Positions 9,801 through 20,832 of a stretch of 64,000 nt of DNA are shown piece after piece. Every line of letters begins with the position of its first letter. Position 1 is the first letter of the stretch. Both the position numbers and the translations under genes were made by a program. The notes beneath the pieces were generated by a model. That model made no database searches. It was not told the DNA's origin and was given only the letters and a program-made list of their open reading frames with translations. The stretch covers positions 70,838-134,837 of the forward strand of contig CAWJXX010000005.1 of the NCBI GenBank assembly GCA_963846945.1, given 5' to 3'. The DNA comes from an uncultured Gemmatimonadales bacterium. GTDB lineage: Bacteria > Gemmatimonadota > Gemmatimonadetes > Gemmatimonadales > GWC2-71-9.

Positions 9801-12800
9801 CAGCTCACCGAGGATGATCGCCTCTACCTGCGGAGCGTGGCGCGGAAGACCTGGCGGTACTTCGAGCTCTTCATGGGCGCGGAAGACCATGGGCTTCCGC
9901 CGGACAACTTCCAGGAAGTCCCGGCGCCGGTGGTGGCACACCGGACTTCCCCCACCAACATCGCGATGGGCATGCTGTCGACGCTCGCCGCACACGACCT
10001 GGGCTACATCCGCACGCCGCACCTGGTTGCCCGGCTCGAGGCATTGCTCGACACGACCGAGGCACTGGAGCAGCACGAGGGACACCTGCTCAACTGGTAT
10101 GACACGCAGACACTGATGCCGCTGTTACCGCGGTACGTGTCCACCGTGGACAGCGGCAACCTCGCCGGAGCCCTGCTGGCACTCGCGGCTGGCCTCGACG
10201 AGGTGCGGCGGGCCCCGCAGCCGGCGGAGGTCCTGCGCGCGGGGCTTGCAGATACCGCCCGGGTGGCACGGCGCGCCGCGGTATCCCTCTGGGCCATCGA
10301 CGGCAGCCACACGGAAGCGGCATCGCGCCTGGTGGACCTCGTGACCACGCGTGTCCGACACGCTGGAGGAGGATCCGGACGCCGCCGAACGATCAATGCA
10401 GAAGGCCATGGACCTGCGGGGCACGCTGGTCGGCGCCACCAATGACTTCGAGGCGGAAGCCGGCCAGTCGGCGGAATCGCGCGAGCTGCGCGACTGGGCG
10501 CGGGCGCTCGCGGCGGCACTTGCCCGCGACAGCATGCCCGACGCGAATCTCGATGCCCGGCTGGCGTCGCTGGAGCAGCGGTCGTTGCGGCTCGCGGCCC
10601 GCATGAACTTCGGGTTTCTCTACGATCGGCAGCGGCAGATCTTTGCGATTGGATACCGGCTGGCCGACGCCGAGGGACCGGGCCGGCTCGACTCCTCCTT
10701 CTACGACCTGCTGGCTTCCGAAGCGAGGCTCGCGAGCTTTGCCGCGATCGCGAAGGGCGACGTGCCCGAGCGGCACTGGTTCCACCTGGGCCGGTTGCTG
10801 ACCAGCGTGCATGGCGCGCCGACGCTCCTCTCCTGGAGCGCCACGCTGTTCGAATACCTCATGCCGCTGCTGGTCATGCGCAGCTTCCCCGACACGCTGC
10901 TGGACCAGTCGTGCCGCATGGCCGTGCAGCGACAGGTCGACTATGGCCGCCAGCGCGGGGTTCCCTGGGGCATCTCCGAATCGGGGTTCAACCTGGTGGA
11001 CCGGCACGGCAACTACCAGTACAAGGCGTTCGGTGTTCCAGGACTCGGGCTCAAGCGCGGACTCGGCGACGAGCTCGTCATCGCACCCTACGCGACGGCG
11101 CTTGCGGCAATGGTCGACCCGTCCGAGGCGGCGGACAACTTCAGGCAACTCGCGCGCGCGGGCGCCGAGGGACCCTGTGGGTTCTACGAGGCCATCGACT
11201 ACACCAACCGGCGGGACAACGACGACCATGACGTCGCAAGCGGGCGTCGCGGCGTGATCGTCCGCGCGTTCCTGGCACATCACCAGGGCATGAGCCTTGT
11301 CGCCATCGCCAACGCCGTGCTGGGCGATCCGATGGTCCGGCGGTTTCATGCCAATCCGGGCGTCGAGGCGACGGTGCTGCTGCTGCAGGAACGGCCGCCG
11401 CGCCATGCGGCGATCACGCAGCCGCGACCGGTCGAGGAGACCCGGAGCACCGCTCCGGTGCCGGCAGCAAACCTGCGCCGGTTCCGCACGCCGCACAGTC
11501 GTCACCCGCACGCGCAGTTCCTCACCAACGGGGCCTACTGTGCCATCGTCACCAGCGCCGGCGGCGGGGCCAGCAGCTGCCGTGGCGTATCGGTCACCCG
11601 TTATCGCGAGGACGAGACGCGCGATCTCGGCAGCCAGTTCGTGTACCTGCGCGACGTGCGCAGCGGCCTGGTCTGGTCGGCCGCGTACCATCCGACGGCT
11701 CGCGAGCCGGAGGACTACTTCGTCACGCTGCAGTCGGAGAAGGTCACCTTCCGGCGGCACGACGAGGGGATCGCGACGCAGCTGGAGATCGCCGTCTCGA
11801 CCGAGGACGACATGGAGGTGCGGCGGATTTCGCTCACCAACCAGACCGACCGGCCGCGGGAGCTGGAGGTCACCAGCTACGCGGAGATCGCCCTGGCATC
11901 GGCCGCCGAGGACCTGGCGCACCCGGCCTTCGGCAAGCTGTTCATCGAGACGGAGTACCTGGCGGACAGCACGGCGCTGCTCTGCCATCGCCGCCCACGC
12001 TCACACGAGGACGCCGGGCAGTGGGCGGTGCACGTGCTCAGCGTCGAGGGCCGTGCCCGCGGTGCCGTGGAATGGGAGACCGACCGGCTTCGCTTCCTGG
12101 GCCGGGGTCACGATGCCAGCAACCCGGTGGCGCTCGACGGCCGCGCGCTGAGCGGTACCACCGGCGCGGTCCTCGATCCGATCGTGAGCCTGCGCCAGCG
12201 CATCCGGCTCGCGCCCGGCGGCTTCGTGCGGTTGTCCTTCGCGACCGGCATCGCGAGCCGCCAGCGAGGATGCGCTGGCACTGGCGCAGAAGTATCACGA
12301 TCCCAGTGCGGCCGCCCGCACGTTCGCCCTCGCCTTCGCGCAGTCGCAGAGCATGCTGCGCCATGTCGGGGTCAGCAGCGAGCAGGCGCAACTCTTCGAG
12401 CGCCTCGCGTCCCGCGTCCTCTACCTCGATTCGTCGCTCCGGGCCGAGCCCGCCATCCTGGCGCGCAACGTCCTGGGCCAGCCGGGGCTCTGGGCCCACG
12501 GGATCTCGGGCGACCTCCCCATCCTGCTCGTGCGCATCGGTGAGGAGGACGGCATGTCGCTCGTCCGCCAGGTGCTGCAGGCCCAGGAGTACTGGCGCAT
12601 CAAGGGGCTCACCGCCGACGTCGTGATCCTCAACGACAAGCCGGTGAGCTACCAGGACGAGATGCAGGTGCAGTTGACCTCGCTCATCGATACCGGGCCG
12701 TGGGCGGCATGGAAACACCAGCCGGGCGGCGTATTCCTCCTGCGCGGGGACCGGATGGGCGAAGCCGAGCGTGTCCTGCTCGCGAGCGTCGCGCGGGCCA

Positions 12801-15400
12801 TACTGAGCGGGGACCGCGGTGACCTGGCTTCGCAACTCGATCATCCGTACGAGGAGCCGCGGTCGCGTGCGCGAAGTGCCACGGGCACCGGCCGGTAGTT
12901 GCGCGCGTGCCCGATCGCGACGTCGAGGTGCCGTCCCTGATCCTGGCGAACGGCACTGGAGGCTTTGCGGACGCGGGGCGCGAGTACGTGGTCGTGCTCG
13001 AGGGCGAACAGGAGACGCCGTTGCCCTGGGTCAACGTCATGGCCAATCCCCAGTTCGGCACCGTGGTGTCTGCGTCGGGGTCCGCCTATACGTGGAGCGA
13101 GAACAGTCGCGAGAACCGCCTCACACCCTTCGCCAATGACCCCGTGTCGGACCCGACGGGCGAGGCCCTGCTGCTCCGTGACGAGGAGAGCGGCGACATC
13201 TGGTCTCCACTGGCGGGCGTGCTGCCGCGGCACCCCGACAGCGGTCGCTTCGTCATACGACATGCTGCCGGCATCCACGCGCTGCGAGCACGCGAGCCAC
13301 GGGATCGAGCACGCCGTGGAGATCGGCGTCGACGCGCTCGACCCGGTGAAGGTGTCGCTGGTCACGCTCACCAATCGATCCGACCGGCCGCGACACCTGA
13401 GCCTGTACGCCTTCGCCGAATGGCGGCTGGGGCCACCGCGCAGCAGCGATCACCTCCAGGTCCAGACCTCGTTCGACGCGGACCGCTCAGCCGTGCTCGC
13501 CATCAATCCGTTCAACCAGGCGTTCGCGGGGCGCACCGCATTCCTCGCGCGCGAGCGAACCGCTCGCCTCGGCCACCGGAAGCCGTCTCGCGTTTCTCGG
13601 GCGCAATGGATCACTGGTCACCGCCGCCGGCCTGACCCGGCGCACGCTCTCGGGTGAGTTCGGGGCCGGGCTCGATCCCTGCGCTGCCTTGCAGGTATCG
13701 GTGCGGCTGGAGCCGGGCGAGAGCCGGCGCGTCGCGTTCGTCCTGGGCCAGGGTCGCGACCTGCGCCATGCCCGGGACCTGCTGGCGCGACACCGGAGCG
13801 TTGCCGACGCCGATGCGACGTTGCGCGAGGCGACGGCCGCGTGGGATGACCTCGTCGGGGCCATCACGGTGTCGACCCCGGACGACTCATTTGACGTGCT
13901 GGTCAACCGGTGGCTCCTGTACCAGAACGTGAGCTGCCGCCTCTGGGCCCGCACCGGCTTCTACCAGCCAGGCGGCGCGTACGGCTATCGCGACCAGCTG
14001 CAGGACGTGCTCGCCCTGCTGCTCTCGCGCCCCGATCTCGCGCGCGAGCATATCGTGCGGGCCGCCGGGCGGCAATTCCCCGAGGGCGATGTGCAGCACT
14101 GGTGGCATGAGCCCTCCGGTCGCGGCACGCGAACGCGCTGCTCGGATGATCTTCTCTGGCTGCCCTATCGTGACCGCGAGCTACCTCGCCGCGACCGGCG
14201 ACGATGCGCTGCTGGAGCAGCAGGTCCCATGGCTGGAGGGCCGGCTGCTCGAGCCCGGGGAAATGGAGGCGTACCTCGAGCCGCAGGTTGCTGCCGAGTC
14301 CGCCACCGCTGCGGGAACACTGCCTGCGGGCGATCGATCACGCGCTGACGGCGGGGCCGCACGGGCTGCCGCTGATGGGAAGCGGTGACTGGAACGACGG
14401 CATGAACCGCGTGGGACAGGAGGGGCGGGGCGAGAGCGTATGGCTCGGGTGGTTCCTGCGCACGGTGCTGGACCAGTTCATTCCGCTGTGCGAGGCGGCC
14501 GGCGATGGCGCGCGCGTCGCCCGATATGCGGCGGAAGCCGCCCGTCTCGGTACCATGCTCGAACTCGCATGGGACGGGGACTGGTATCGCCGGGCGTACT
14601 ACGACGACGGCACGCCGCTCGGGTCGGCACAGGGGGACGAGTGCCGCATCGACTCCATTTCCCAGGCCTGGGCCGTGCTGTCACGCGCGGCCTCGCCCGG
14701 CCGGGCGGAACGCGCCATGGATGCGGTTCGCACCCATCTCGTGCGCCGCGCCACCAGGAGCGTCCTGCTGCTGACGCCACCGTTCGACCAGGGCCTTCGC
14801 GATCCCGGCTACATCCGCGGGTATCCGCCCGGCCTGCGAGAGAACGGCGGCCAGTACACGCACGCCGCCGTCTGGACGGTGATGGCGGTGGCACAGCTCG
14901 GGAACGGCGACGAGGCGATGGAACTCTTTCACATGCTGAACCCGATCAACCACGCGCGCACCGCAGCCGATGTGGAGCGCTACAAGACGGAGCCGTACGT
15001 CACGGCCGGGGACGTGTATGCGCATCCACAGCACGCGGGACGGGGGGGGTGGACCTGGTACTCCGGTTCCTGCGGATGGATGTACCGCGCCGCGGTGGAA
15101 AGCATCCTGGGACTGCGCCGGCATGGGGATACGTTCGAGGTCGATCCCTGCATTCCGACCTCGTGGCCGTCGTTCCGGATGACCTGGCGTCACGGCCGGT
15201 CAACTTACCGGATCGTCGTCACCAATCCCGAGCATCGCGCACGTGGGGTCATGTCCGTGGAACTGGACGGCCGTTCATGTCCTGTCAATGCGATTCCCCT
15301 GGTGGACGACGGAGTGATACACGAGGTCGAGGTTACCGTGGGGAGTCCCAAGTCACGCGAGACGAGCACCTTCCCCATCCGGGGTACGGCGCGACGCTGA
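6819..15400 (+). CDS. ndvB: Cyclic beta-1,2-glucan synthase-like giant protein (NdvB/ChvB/Cgs family: GT84 region plus C-terminal GH94 region), split by several indels
   Basis: [128 protein letters not shown] appear in order across frames. The start is uncertain (ATC 6819 after GAGAGG, or TTG 6891). Confidence 0.88.
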
Positions 15401-15422
15401 GCGATCTGTCATCTTCCTTACG

Positions 15423-15485
15423 GGTGATGAACGTCACAAAAGTTATCAGTTGCGACTTGCGCGCCTGAGGTCAATGCCGTAGCAT
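15423..15485 (+). promoter_or_regulatory. CRP/FNR-like box plus promoter
   Basis: gGTGA-tgaacg-TCACA at 15423-15438, an 18 bp gap, then TTGCGC (15457-15462)-17-TAGCAT (15480-15485). Confidence 0.62.
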
Positions 15486-15499
15486 AGTACCAGAAGACA

Positions 15500-15609
15500 G
15501 GGTGTTGCTGCCGTCTGGCATTACCCAAGTTCGAATGGGCGAGAGAGTGGTCTCGCGCGTTGCGGACGTACGAAGGGCCAAGGGCCCGGAGTGCGTCCGC
15601 TTTTGTTTT
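15500..15609 (+). ncRNA. Candidate attenuator leader RNA, copy 5
   Basis: GGGTG..TACCC, then GTTCG AAT gg GCGAGA-gagtgg-TCTCGC gc GTT g CGGAC, overlapping terminator GCGGACGTAC...GTGCGTCCGC TTTTGTTTT. Confidence 0.65.
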
Positions 15610-15635
15610 GTGCACCAGCGGGGAAGGAGGCCGGA

Positions 15636-16100
15636 ATGGACAGCTGGATCGGGCCCGGCATCGAGCCGGCTGCAGAAGCGCGAGCAGGAATGCTGAGGCA
15701 TGTGAGCCTCTGTTCGATAACGACCACCGATGCTGATGGCGCCTTTCGCACCCGCACGGCGCTGGTCGAGCCGGCGCAGCCCATGGGCGAGGGCCTGACG
15801 GTGCGGCTTCTCGCCGATAACGTCGAGCGTGAACTGGTTGCCAATCCGCGGGTGGTCGTCAGCGCCCTGTATCAGGCGGATTCGCCGATCTTCCTGGTCG
15901 TCAACGGGCTGGCGCATATCACCTCGGTCCTCTCGGCGGGCAGCCAGCAACTGGTGCTCCTGGAGGTCGCGGTACAACGAATGGAGTACTGGAGTGCGCC
16001 GGCGGTCCTGCGGCTGGTCAACTTCGGCCGCAAGCTGTTCCAGACCGGTCGCGACGTGGTCGGCGCACCATCTCGCGAATTCGCGGCAGGTCACCCATGA
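15636..16100 (+). CDS. Divergent split-barrel (GSP26-like) protein, paralog 3
   Basis: TTDADG..RTR...ELVANPRV...VVNGLA...LLEVAV..MEYW aligns loosely with paralogs 1 and 2; RBS AAGGAGG. Confidence 0.55.
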   Translation: MDSWIGPGIEPAAEARAGMLRHVSLCSITTTDADGAFRTRTALVEPAQPMGEGLTVRLLADNVERELVANPRVVVSALYQADSPIFLVVNGLAHITSVLSAGSQQLVLLEVAVQRMEYWSAPAVLRLVNFGRKLFQTGRDVVGAPSREFAAGHP

Positions 16101-16495
16101 AAATCGACATGCCTCCCCTCGAGCCGAGCCCGTTGCTGGCGGCGCTGCAGCAGCGCCAGTACCGGCCGCAGCATCAGGTCTGCCTCGTCATCGGATACAC
16201 CTGGGTAAAGCATTGTGATCGAGCGGTACTGTTTCTCGCCTGCGGCACGGCGCAGGCAGGCCGGGTGCGCTACGTCGGACGCGCGGTCCTGGATCTGGGC
16301 ACACGGCAGGCACGGCGCCGCTTTGCGCAGCAGCTTCGACCCCTTCGCCTGCCGATCCATCCGCCGCTGATTGCGTCGCCGCTGCCTGAGGGCATCAACT
16401 GGATCGCCCCGGAGCTGCGGGTCCGGGTGCGGCATCATGGATGGTCGGAGGCGGGCCTGCTGCGGCAGCCACAGGCCGAGATGGTGATCCCGTGA
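16097..16495 (+). CDS. Stand-alone ATP-dependent DNA ligase C-terminal OB-fold-like protein
   Basis: VIGYT...LFLAC....RYVGR...WIAPEL.V.V...W...GLLRQP resembles the LigD/LigC OB domain; ATGA overlap with the upstream gene. Confidence 0.6.
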   Translation: MKIDMPPLEPSPLLAALQQRQYRPQHQVCLVIGYTWVKHCDRAVLFLACGTAQAGRVRYVGRAVLDLGTRQARRRFAQQLRPLRLPIHPPLIASPLPEGINWIAPELRVRVRHHGWSEAGLLRQPQAEMVIP

Positions 16496-17493
16496 GGCAG
16501 GCGCTGCGTCCTCGCATGCGCCGTCCGCTGCGGGACCAGGTGCTGGTGATCACGGGTGCATCGAGCGGTATCGGGCTGGCGACGGCCCAATACGGAGCGA
16601 TTGCAGGGGCGCGCATCGTGATGGTGTCGCGCAACGAGGCGATCCTGCGTGAGCGATCCGAGGAGTTGAATCGCGACGGTGCGACGACGATCGCCGTGAG
16701 TGGCGACGTGACCAGCCTTGACCAGATGCACGCCGTGGCCAGCAGGACGATCGAGGCGTTCGGCCGCATCGACACCTGGATCAACAACGCCGGCGTCTGT
16801 CTCTTCGGGCCGCTGGCCGAGGTCCCGGCACAGGATGCACGGCGCCTCTTCGAGGTGAACTACTTCGGTGTGGTGCACGGCACGCTCGCGGCGCTGCCAT
16901 ATCTCCGGGAGTCCGGTGGCACCGTGATCAACGTCGGCGGCGACGTGGCCCGCGGTGACGCCCCCAGGGGCACTACGCCGCCTCGAAGGCCGCGGTGCGG
17001 ACATTCTCGAACGCCATGCGCGCCGAGCTGCAGGCCGCCGGCGTCAGTATCGTCGTGGTCGAGCCTTCCTCCATGGATACGCCGTTCCGCCTTCACGCAC
17101 GCAGCTATCTCGGCTTTACGCCGCCGTTCACCGAGCCGGTTTACGTGCCGGAAGTCGCGGCCGGCGTGATCCTCCGCTGCGCCGTGCAACCACGGCACGA
17201 AGTACGGATCGGCCCGGGGGCCGCGGCGTGGGGTCGCGCGGCGTTGCCCCGGCCGGAGGGAGCTAACGAAACGACGCCGCGCCTCGTCAGTCGTGGTGAG
17301 CGGGCGAAAGCCCGGCAACCTGATCGAATGGTCGGTACCGGCGGGACAGCTGCGAGGTGGTCATTCGGGACATGTGCGGGTCAATAGTGCCCTGACAGCG
17401 CTGTCCCTCCGGCTCAGTCCCTCTTTTGTCTCGATGGCCTCGGCGGCCATGACGGTCGTGAGTGTGGCAGCGCTGTTGCTGTTGTCATACTGA
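16492..17493 (+). CDS. SDR family oxidoreductase with a hydrophobic C-terminal tail (indels near 16950 and 17290)
   Basis: VLVITGASSGIG, IDTWINNAG, FEVNYFG, then Y-A-A-S-K after the frameshift. Confidence 0.8.
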
Positions 17494-17576
17494 ACCTGCG
17501 TACAACCCAATCCCTCCCCTCTTCGCCGCCCGGTACCGCTGCCTGCAGCGGCCACCGGACGGTCCTGCCTTTCCCG

Positions 17577-19253
17577 TCACTTGATGAAGACCCGGCCCAG
17601 CCCCTGGCGCAGCGCAAACCAGAGAACCTGCGGCAATGACGCACGGCCGTTCCACTGCACGTCGATCAGCCCGACGCGCGGTGGCTTGTCACCATCCGGA
17701 TTGTCATGCCGCAGCTTGAAGGCGTTGGCGTAGAGCGTGGCGAAGGCGAAGCCGATGCTCTTGAAGAACCCGGCCTGCTTGTCCTCGATATCGACCTTGA
17801 AATCCGCGTATTTCGGGATGATGCGCCCCACCGAGCGTCCCTTCCTGATGGTGACGTCGTAGGTGACGACCTGCAGCGACCCCTGAACGACGTGCGCCGG
17901 GAGTGCCTCGGCGATGAAGCTGTTGAGGGCCGTCATGTCCATCGGCCCCATCTGGCCCTTGTAGGCCATGTCAAACTGGGTCGCGGTCAGCGGGACCGTG
18001 AAGGTGACGTCGATCTTTCCCTTCCCCTGCAGGTAGGCGATCGCGTGCATCACCATCGGAGGCACTGCATCACCCCGTCGCACGGGAATCGTGCGCGCAC
18101 CGACAATCTGCGACTCGATCCGTTCCCACGTCATGGTGCCCGTTCCCACGCGGCCCACGCCATGCTCGTGATAGGCCACGCGGGAGTCCCGCACCTCGAT
18201 CGTGTCGATGGCGAGCGGATGGCCCAGCCCCGCGATCCATTGCTGCGGCGAGGCGCGCTTGTGGGACGGCCCATTCGGGAGGCGCTTGTCCGAGAGCACG
18301 TCGATGGTCAGCCCCGACACCGTCACGCGCCGGATGCCGATCGGCCCGGCGACCGTCCGGAGCTTCGCAAAGTCGACACCGTGGAACCGAGCGCTGTCGA
18401 GGGTCACGCGCACCCGATCGCGCCGTACCTTCTGCTGCCGGGTCCACTCCGCGTCCGGCTGCACCGGCCCGAGACGCACGCTGTCGAGGGCAACCGATGA
18501 GTCGGTGAGGTTGACGCGCAAGCGCCCCATGGAGAACGCCGTCTGCCCCGAGCCCAGGACCTGGAGGGTGTCGGCGCTCAGCAAGGCGACCTCACTCATC
18601 AGCGGCCGGCGCCGTTCGAGCGGCACCGACGGGTCGATACGGGTGTTGCGCAGTTCGATGGCCAGGCGCTGCAGGTCGAAAACACTGGCAGTGCTGTCGG
18701 CGAAGCGCTGGGTGAACTGGAGTGCGAGCCTGGGCAGTGACGTACGTCCCACGATGATCACCGGAATGGCGCCGGGAAGGTGCAGCGAATCGCCCAGGAT
18801 GGGCACGCCGGGACGTGCGCTCGCCGCGGAGGACTGGACCGGCACCTCCGGGCGCACCGTCTCGAGTGCCGATGCCGTGATGCTGTCGCAGCCGATGGAG
18901 CTCGCCACCAGGCCCTGCTGGAAGACCAGGCGCAGGGTGTTGATGCCGGTGACGCGGCAGCCCGTGGCCTTCACCGTCAGGACCGGCAGCCGCACCGCGC
19001 GATACTCGTTGCGTGCAGTATCCGTGGTCAACTGGAGCGTATCGACGACGATCCGGCCCGGGAACGCCGTGACCCGGAGCCGGCTCACGGACAGGTGGTA
19101 GACGCTGTCGGATGCGCTCGCGATCGCGCTGATGGCCCAGTCGCGCAGCACGTTGTCGAGGAAGGCGTTGCGCTGCGTCAACGCGACGAAGCCGATGATC
19201 GCGGCGACGACGGCCAGTATCGGGAGGAGAACGCCGCGTCGAATGGCCTTCAT
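17577..19253 (-). CDS. Membrane-anchored beta-rich hypothetical protein (possibly AsmA/DUF748-like)
   Basis: N-terminal TM segment followed by a long beta-strand-rich ORF with good codon bias; the family call is tentative. Confidence 0.6.
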   Translation of the reverse strand: MKAIRRGVLLPILAVVAAIIGFVALTQRNAFLDNVLRDWAISAIASASDSVYHLSVSRLRVTAFPGRIVVDTLQLTTDTARNEYRAVRLPVLTVKATGCRVTGINTLRLVFQQGLVASSIGCDSITASALETVRPEVPVQSSAASARPGVPILGDSLHLPGAIPVIIVGRTSLPRLALQFTQRFADSTASVFDLQRLAIELRNTRIDPSVPLERRRPLMSEVALLSADTLQVLGSGQTAFSMGRLRVNLTDSSVALDSVRLGPVQPDAEWTRQQKVRRDRVRVTLDSARFHGVDFAKLRTVAGPIGIRRVTVSGLTIDVLSDKRLPNGPSHKRASPQQWIAGLGHPLAIDTIEVRDSRVAYHEHGVGRVGTGTMTWERIESQIVGARTIPVRRGDAVPPMVMHAIAYLQGKGKIDVTFTVPLTATQFDMAYKGQMGPMDMTALNSFIAEALPAHVVQGSLQVVTYDVTIRKGRSVGRIIPKYADFKVDIEDKQAGFFKSIGFAFATLYANAFKLRHDNPDGDKPPRVGLIDVQWNGRASLPQVLWFALRQGLGRVFIK

Positions 19254-19403
19254 TGGCCGCGGCAGCAGGGCGTGGACGCGACAATCGGGAGTGCCGGAGC
19301 GCTCCCGATGTCGCATGGCTCAGCGGAGTGGCCTCCGCAGGGCCTCATGCGCGTGCGATTCCCGTCTCCGCACCTGAAGGTGTGAACGCTACCCTCCGAG
19401 TCA

Positions 19404-19577
19404 TCACAGGGCTTTCCTGCCGCCGATGAGGCCCATGACAAAGGTAACGAGGAACACGACGAGGAACACGAAGAAAAGCGTCTTGGCGATGTCCGCGGAC
19501 GCAACCGCAATCCCGCCAAACCCGAAGAAGGCGGCTACCAGCGCGAGCACGAGAAACGCGAGTGCCCAGCGTATCAT
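19404..19577 (-). CDS. DUF1328 (YtjA-like) small membrane protein
   Basis: Manual translation MIRWALAFLVLALVAAFFGFGGIAVASADIAKTLFFVFLVVFLVTFVMG; RBS GGAGG. Confidence 0.9.
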   Translation of the reverse strand: MIRWALAFLVLALVAAFFGFGGIAVASADIAKTLFFVFLVVFLVTFVMGLIGGRKAL

Positions 19578-19579
19578 GT

Positions 19580-19795
19580 TTACCTCCCCGCGGCCGCGTT
19601 GAAGCGCCGCTCGAATTCAGAGACCTGCTTTTCTGCCGCATCGCGGGTCGTGCCATAGCGATACTGGATCTGGCCGATCAGCTGGTCGCGCCGGCCGCCG
19701 ATCACGTCGAGGTCGTCGTCCGTGAACCGGCCCCACTGCTCGCGCACCTTCCCGCTGAATTGCTTCCAGGACCCCTTGATCTCATCCCAGTTCAT
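19580..19795 (-). CDS. csbD: CsbD/YjbJ family stress protein
   Basis: MNWDEIKGSWKQFSGKVREQWGRFTDDDLDVIGGRRDQLIGQIQYRYG; RBS AAGGAGG. Confidence 0.92.
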   Translation of the reverse strand: MNWDEIKGSWKQFSGKVREQWGRFTDDDLDVIGGRRDQLIGQIQYRYGTTRDAAEKQVSEFERRFNAAAGR

Positions 19796-19909
19796 CCTGA
19801 CCTCCTTGAAGCCGCCGAATGCGGCGCGGTCGCCGCAGTGAGCCCCCCAGTCTGGCTCACCGCAGCGCCGGCCTTCAACTATGCGCTGCACCCGGCGGCA
19901 GGACACCGG

Positions 19910-20003
19910 AAACGAAAAAGGCGCTGGAGATCAACTTGCTGATCTCGACAGCGCCTTCGGCTTGCGGAACGCTCCGCCCGCCAAGGTGGCCCGAAACGCG
20001 GCC
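19910..20003 (-). ncRNA. Candidate attenuator leader RNA, copy 6 (csbD leader)
   Basis: Minus: GGCC..GGCC, then CCTTGGC gg GCGGA-gcgt-TCCGC aa GCC g AAGG, overlapping terminator AAGGCGCTG...CAGCGCCTT TTTCGTTT. Confidence 0.68.
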
Positions 20004-20023
20004 TATGTCCTTCCTGCACTTCC

Positions 20024-20075
20024 ATACTATGGCGGATCGATATCGTGCGCAAGCCGTCTTGTGACGCCAGTCACG
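20024..20075 (-). promoter_or_regulatory. Promoter with a CRP/FNR-like box
   Basis: TTGCGC (20052-20047)-17-TAGTAT (20029-20024). TGTGA-cgccag-TCACG at 20060-20075. Near-identical to 3701-3729. Confidence 0.65.
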
Positions 20076-20106
20076 CATCTCGACATCGAGCCAGTTTCAG
20101 CCTGCG

Positions 20107-20832
20107 TCATACATGATCCAGCAGCAGCTCCAGTCGATGCCTGAGGTCGCCCAGTGTCTTCGACTTGAAGGCCGTCCGCGTCTCCTCCAGCACCCGCACC
20201 GTCTCCTGGATGGCGGACTGCAGCTGCGCGCCGCGGGGGCAATTCATGAGCTGGCAGGGATTGCCCTCCACCGGCTGGCGGTTGAGTGCCTTGCTCAGCT
20301 GCTCGAGGTCCGTGAGTGATCCCATCACGTTGCGCAGGGTGAGGGCAAGGAAGACATCCGGCGATGCGCCCATGCCGGCTGCGGGCGGAATGGTGAGTGA
20401 CTGGAACTCCTCGCGCCACGCCTTGAGCCGCTGTTCGGTGCGCTGCATGGCCTGATAGGCCTGGAACCGGCCCACCGAGGTCGTCGACCTTTTCGAGCAG
20501 CTCCTCGAACACCACCGGCTTGGTGAGATAGGCCGCCACCGGCAACTCGATGCAGGCGATGGCGGAGCGGACCGAGGGATAGCCCGTCAGGATGATGACG
20601 GGAAGTCCGCCGCTGCGCTCGGCGATCTGGCGCACAAGCTGAAGGTCGGAGTTTCCCGGCATCTCCAGGTCGGTGATGAGCAGGTCGAAAGCTCCTCACC
20701 CACCTTCGCGATCGCCGCCGCGCCATCCTCGACGGTGACGCACTCGTAGCCATCCCGTCGCAGCAGGTCCGCGGTGGCGTTCAGGAAGATGGGCTCGTCG
20801 TCGGCCATCAGGATGCGGCCCTTGCTGCTCAT
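20107..20832 (-). CDS. Response regulator: REC domain plus an unrecognised helical C-terminal domain (indels near 20690 and 20480)
   Basis: RILMADDEP...DLLITDLEMPG...ILTGYPS...YLTKP. The C-terminus has CQLMNC and no obvious HTH. Confidence 0.85.

Noticed and set aside
6819..15400. Glucan synthase region as a pseudogene or several separate genes
   Set aside because: All motifs are collinear across frame switches, and similar indels occur in essential genes in this window.
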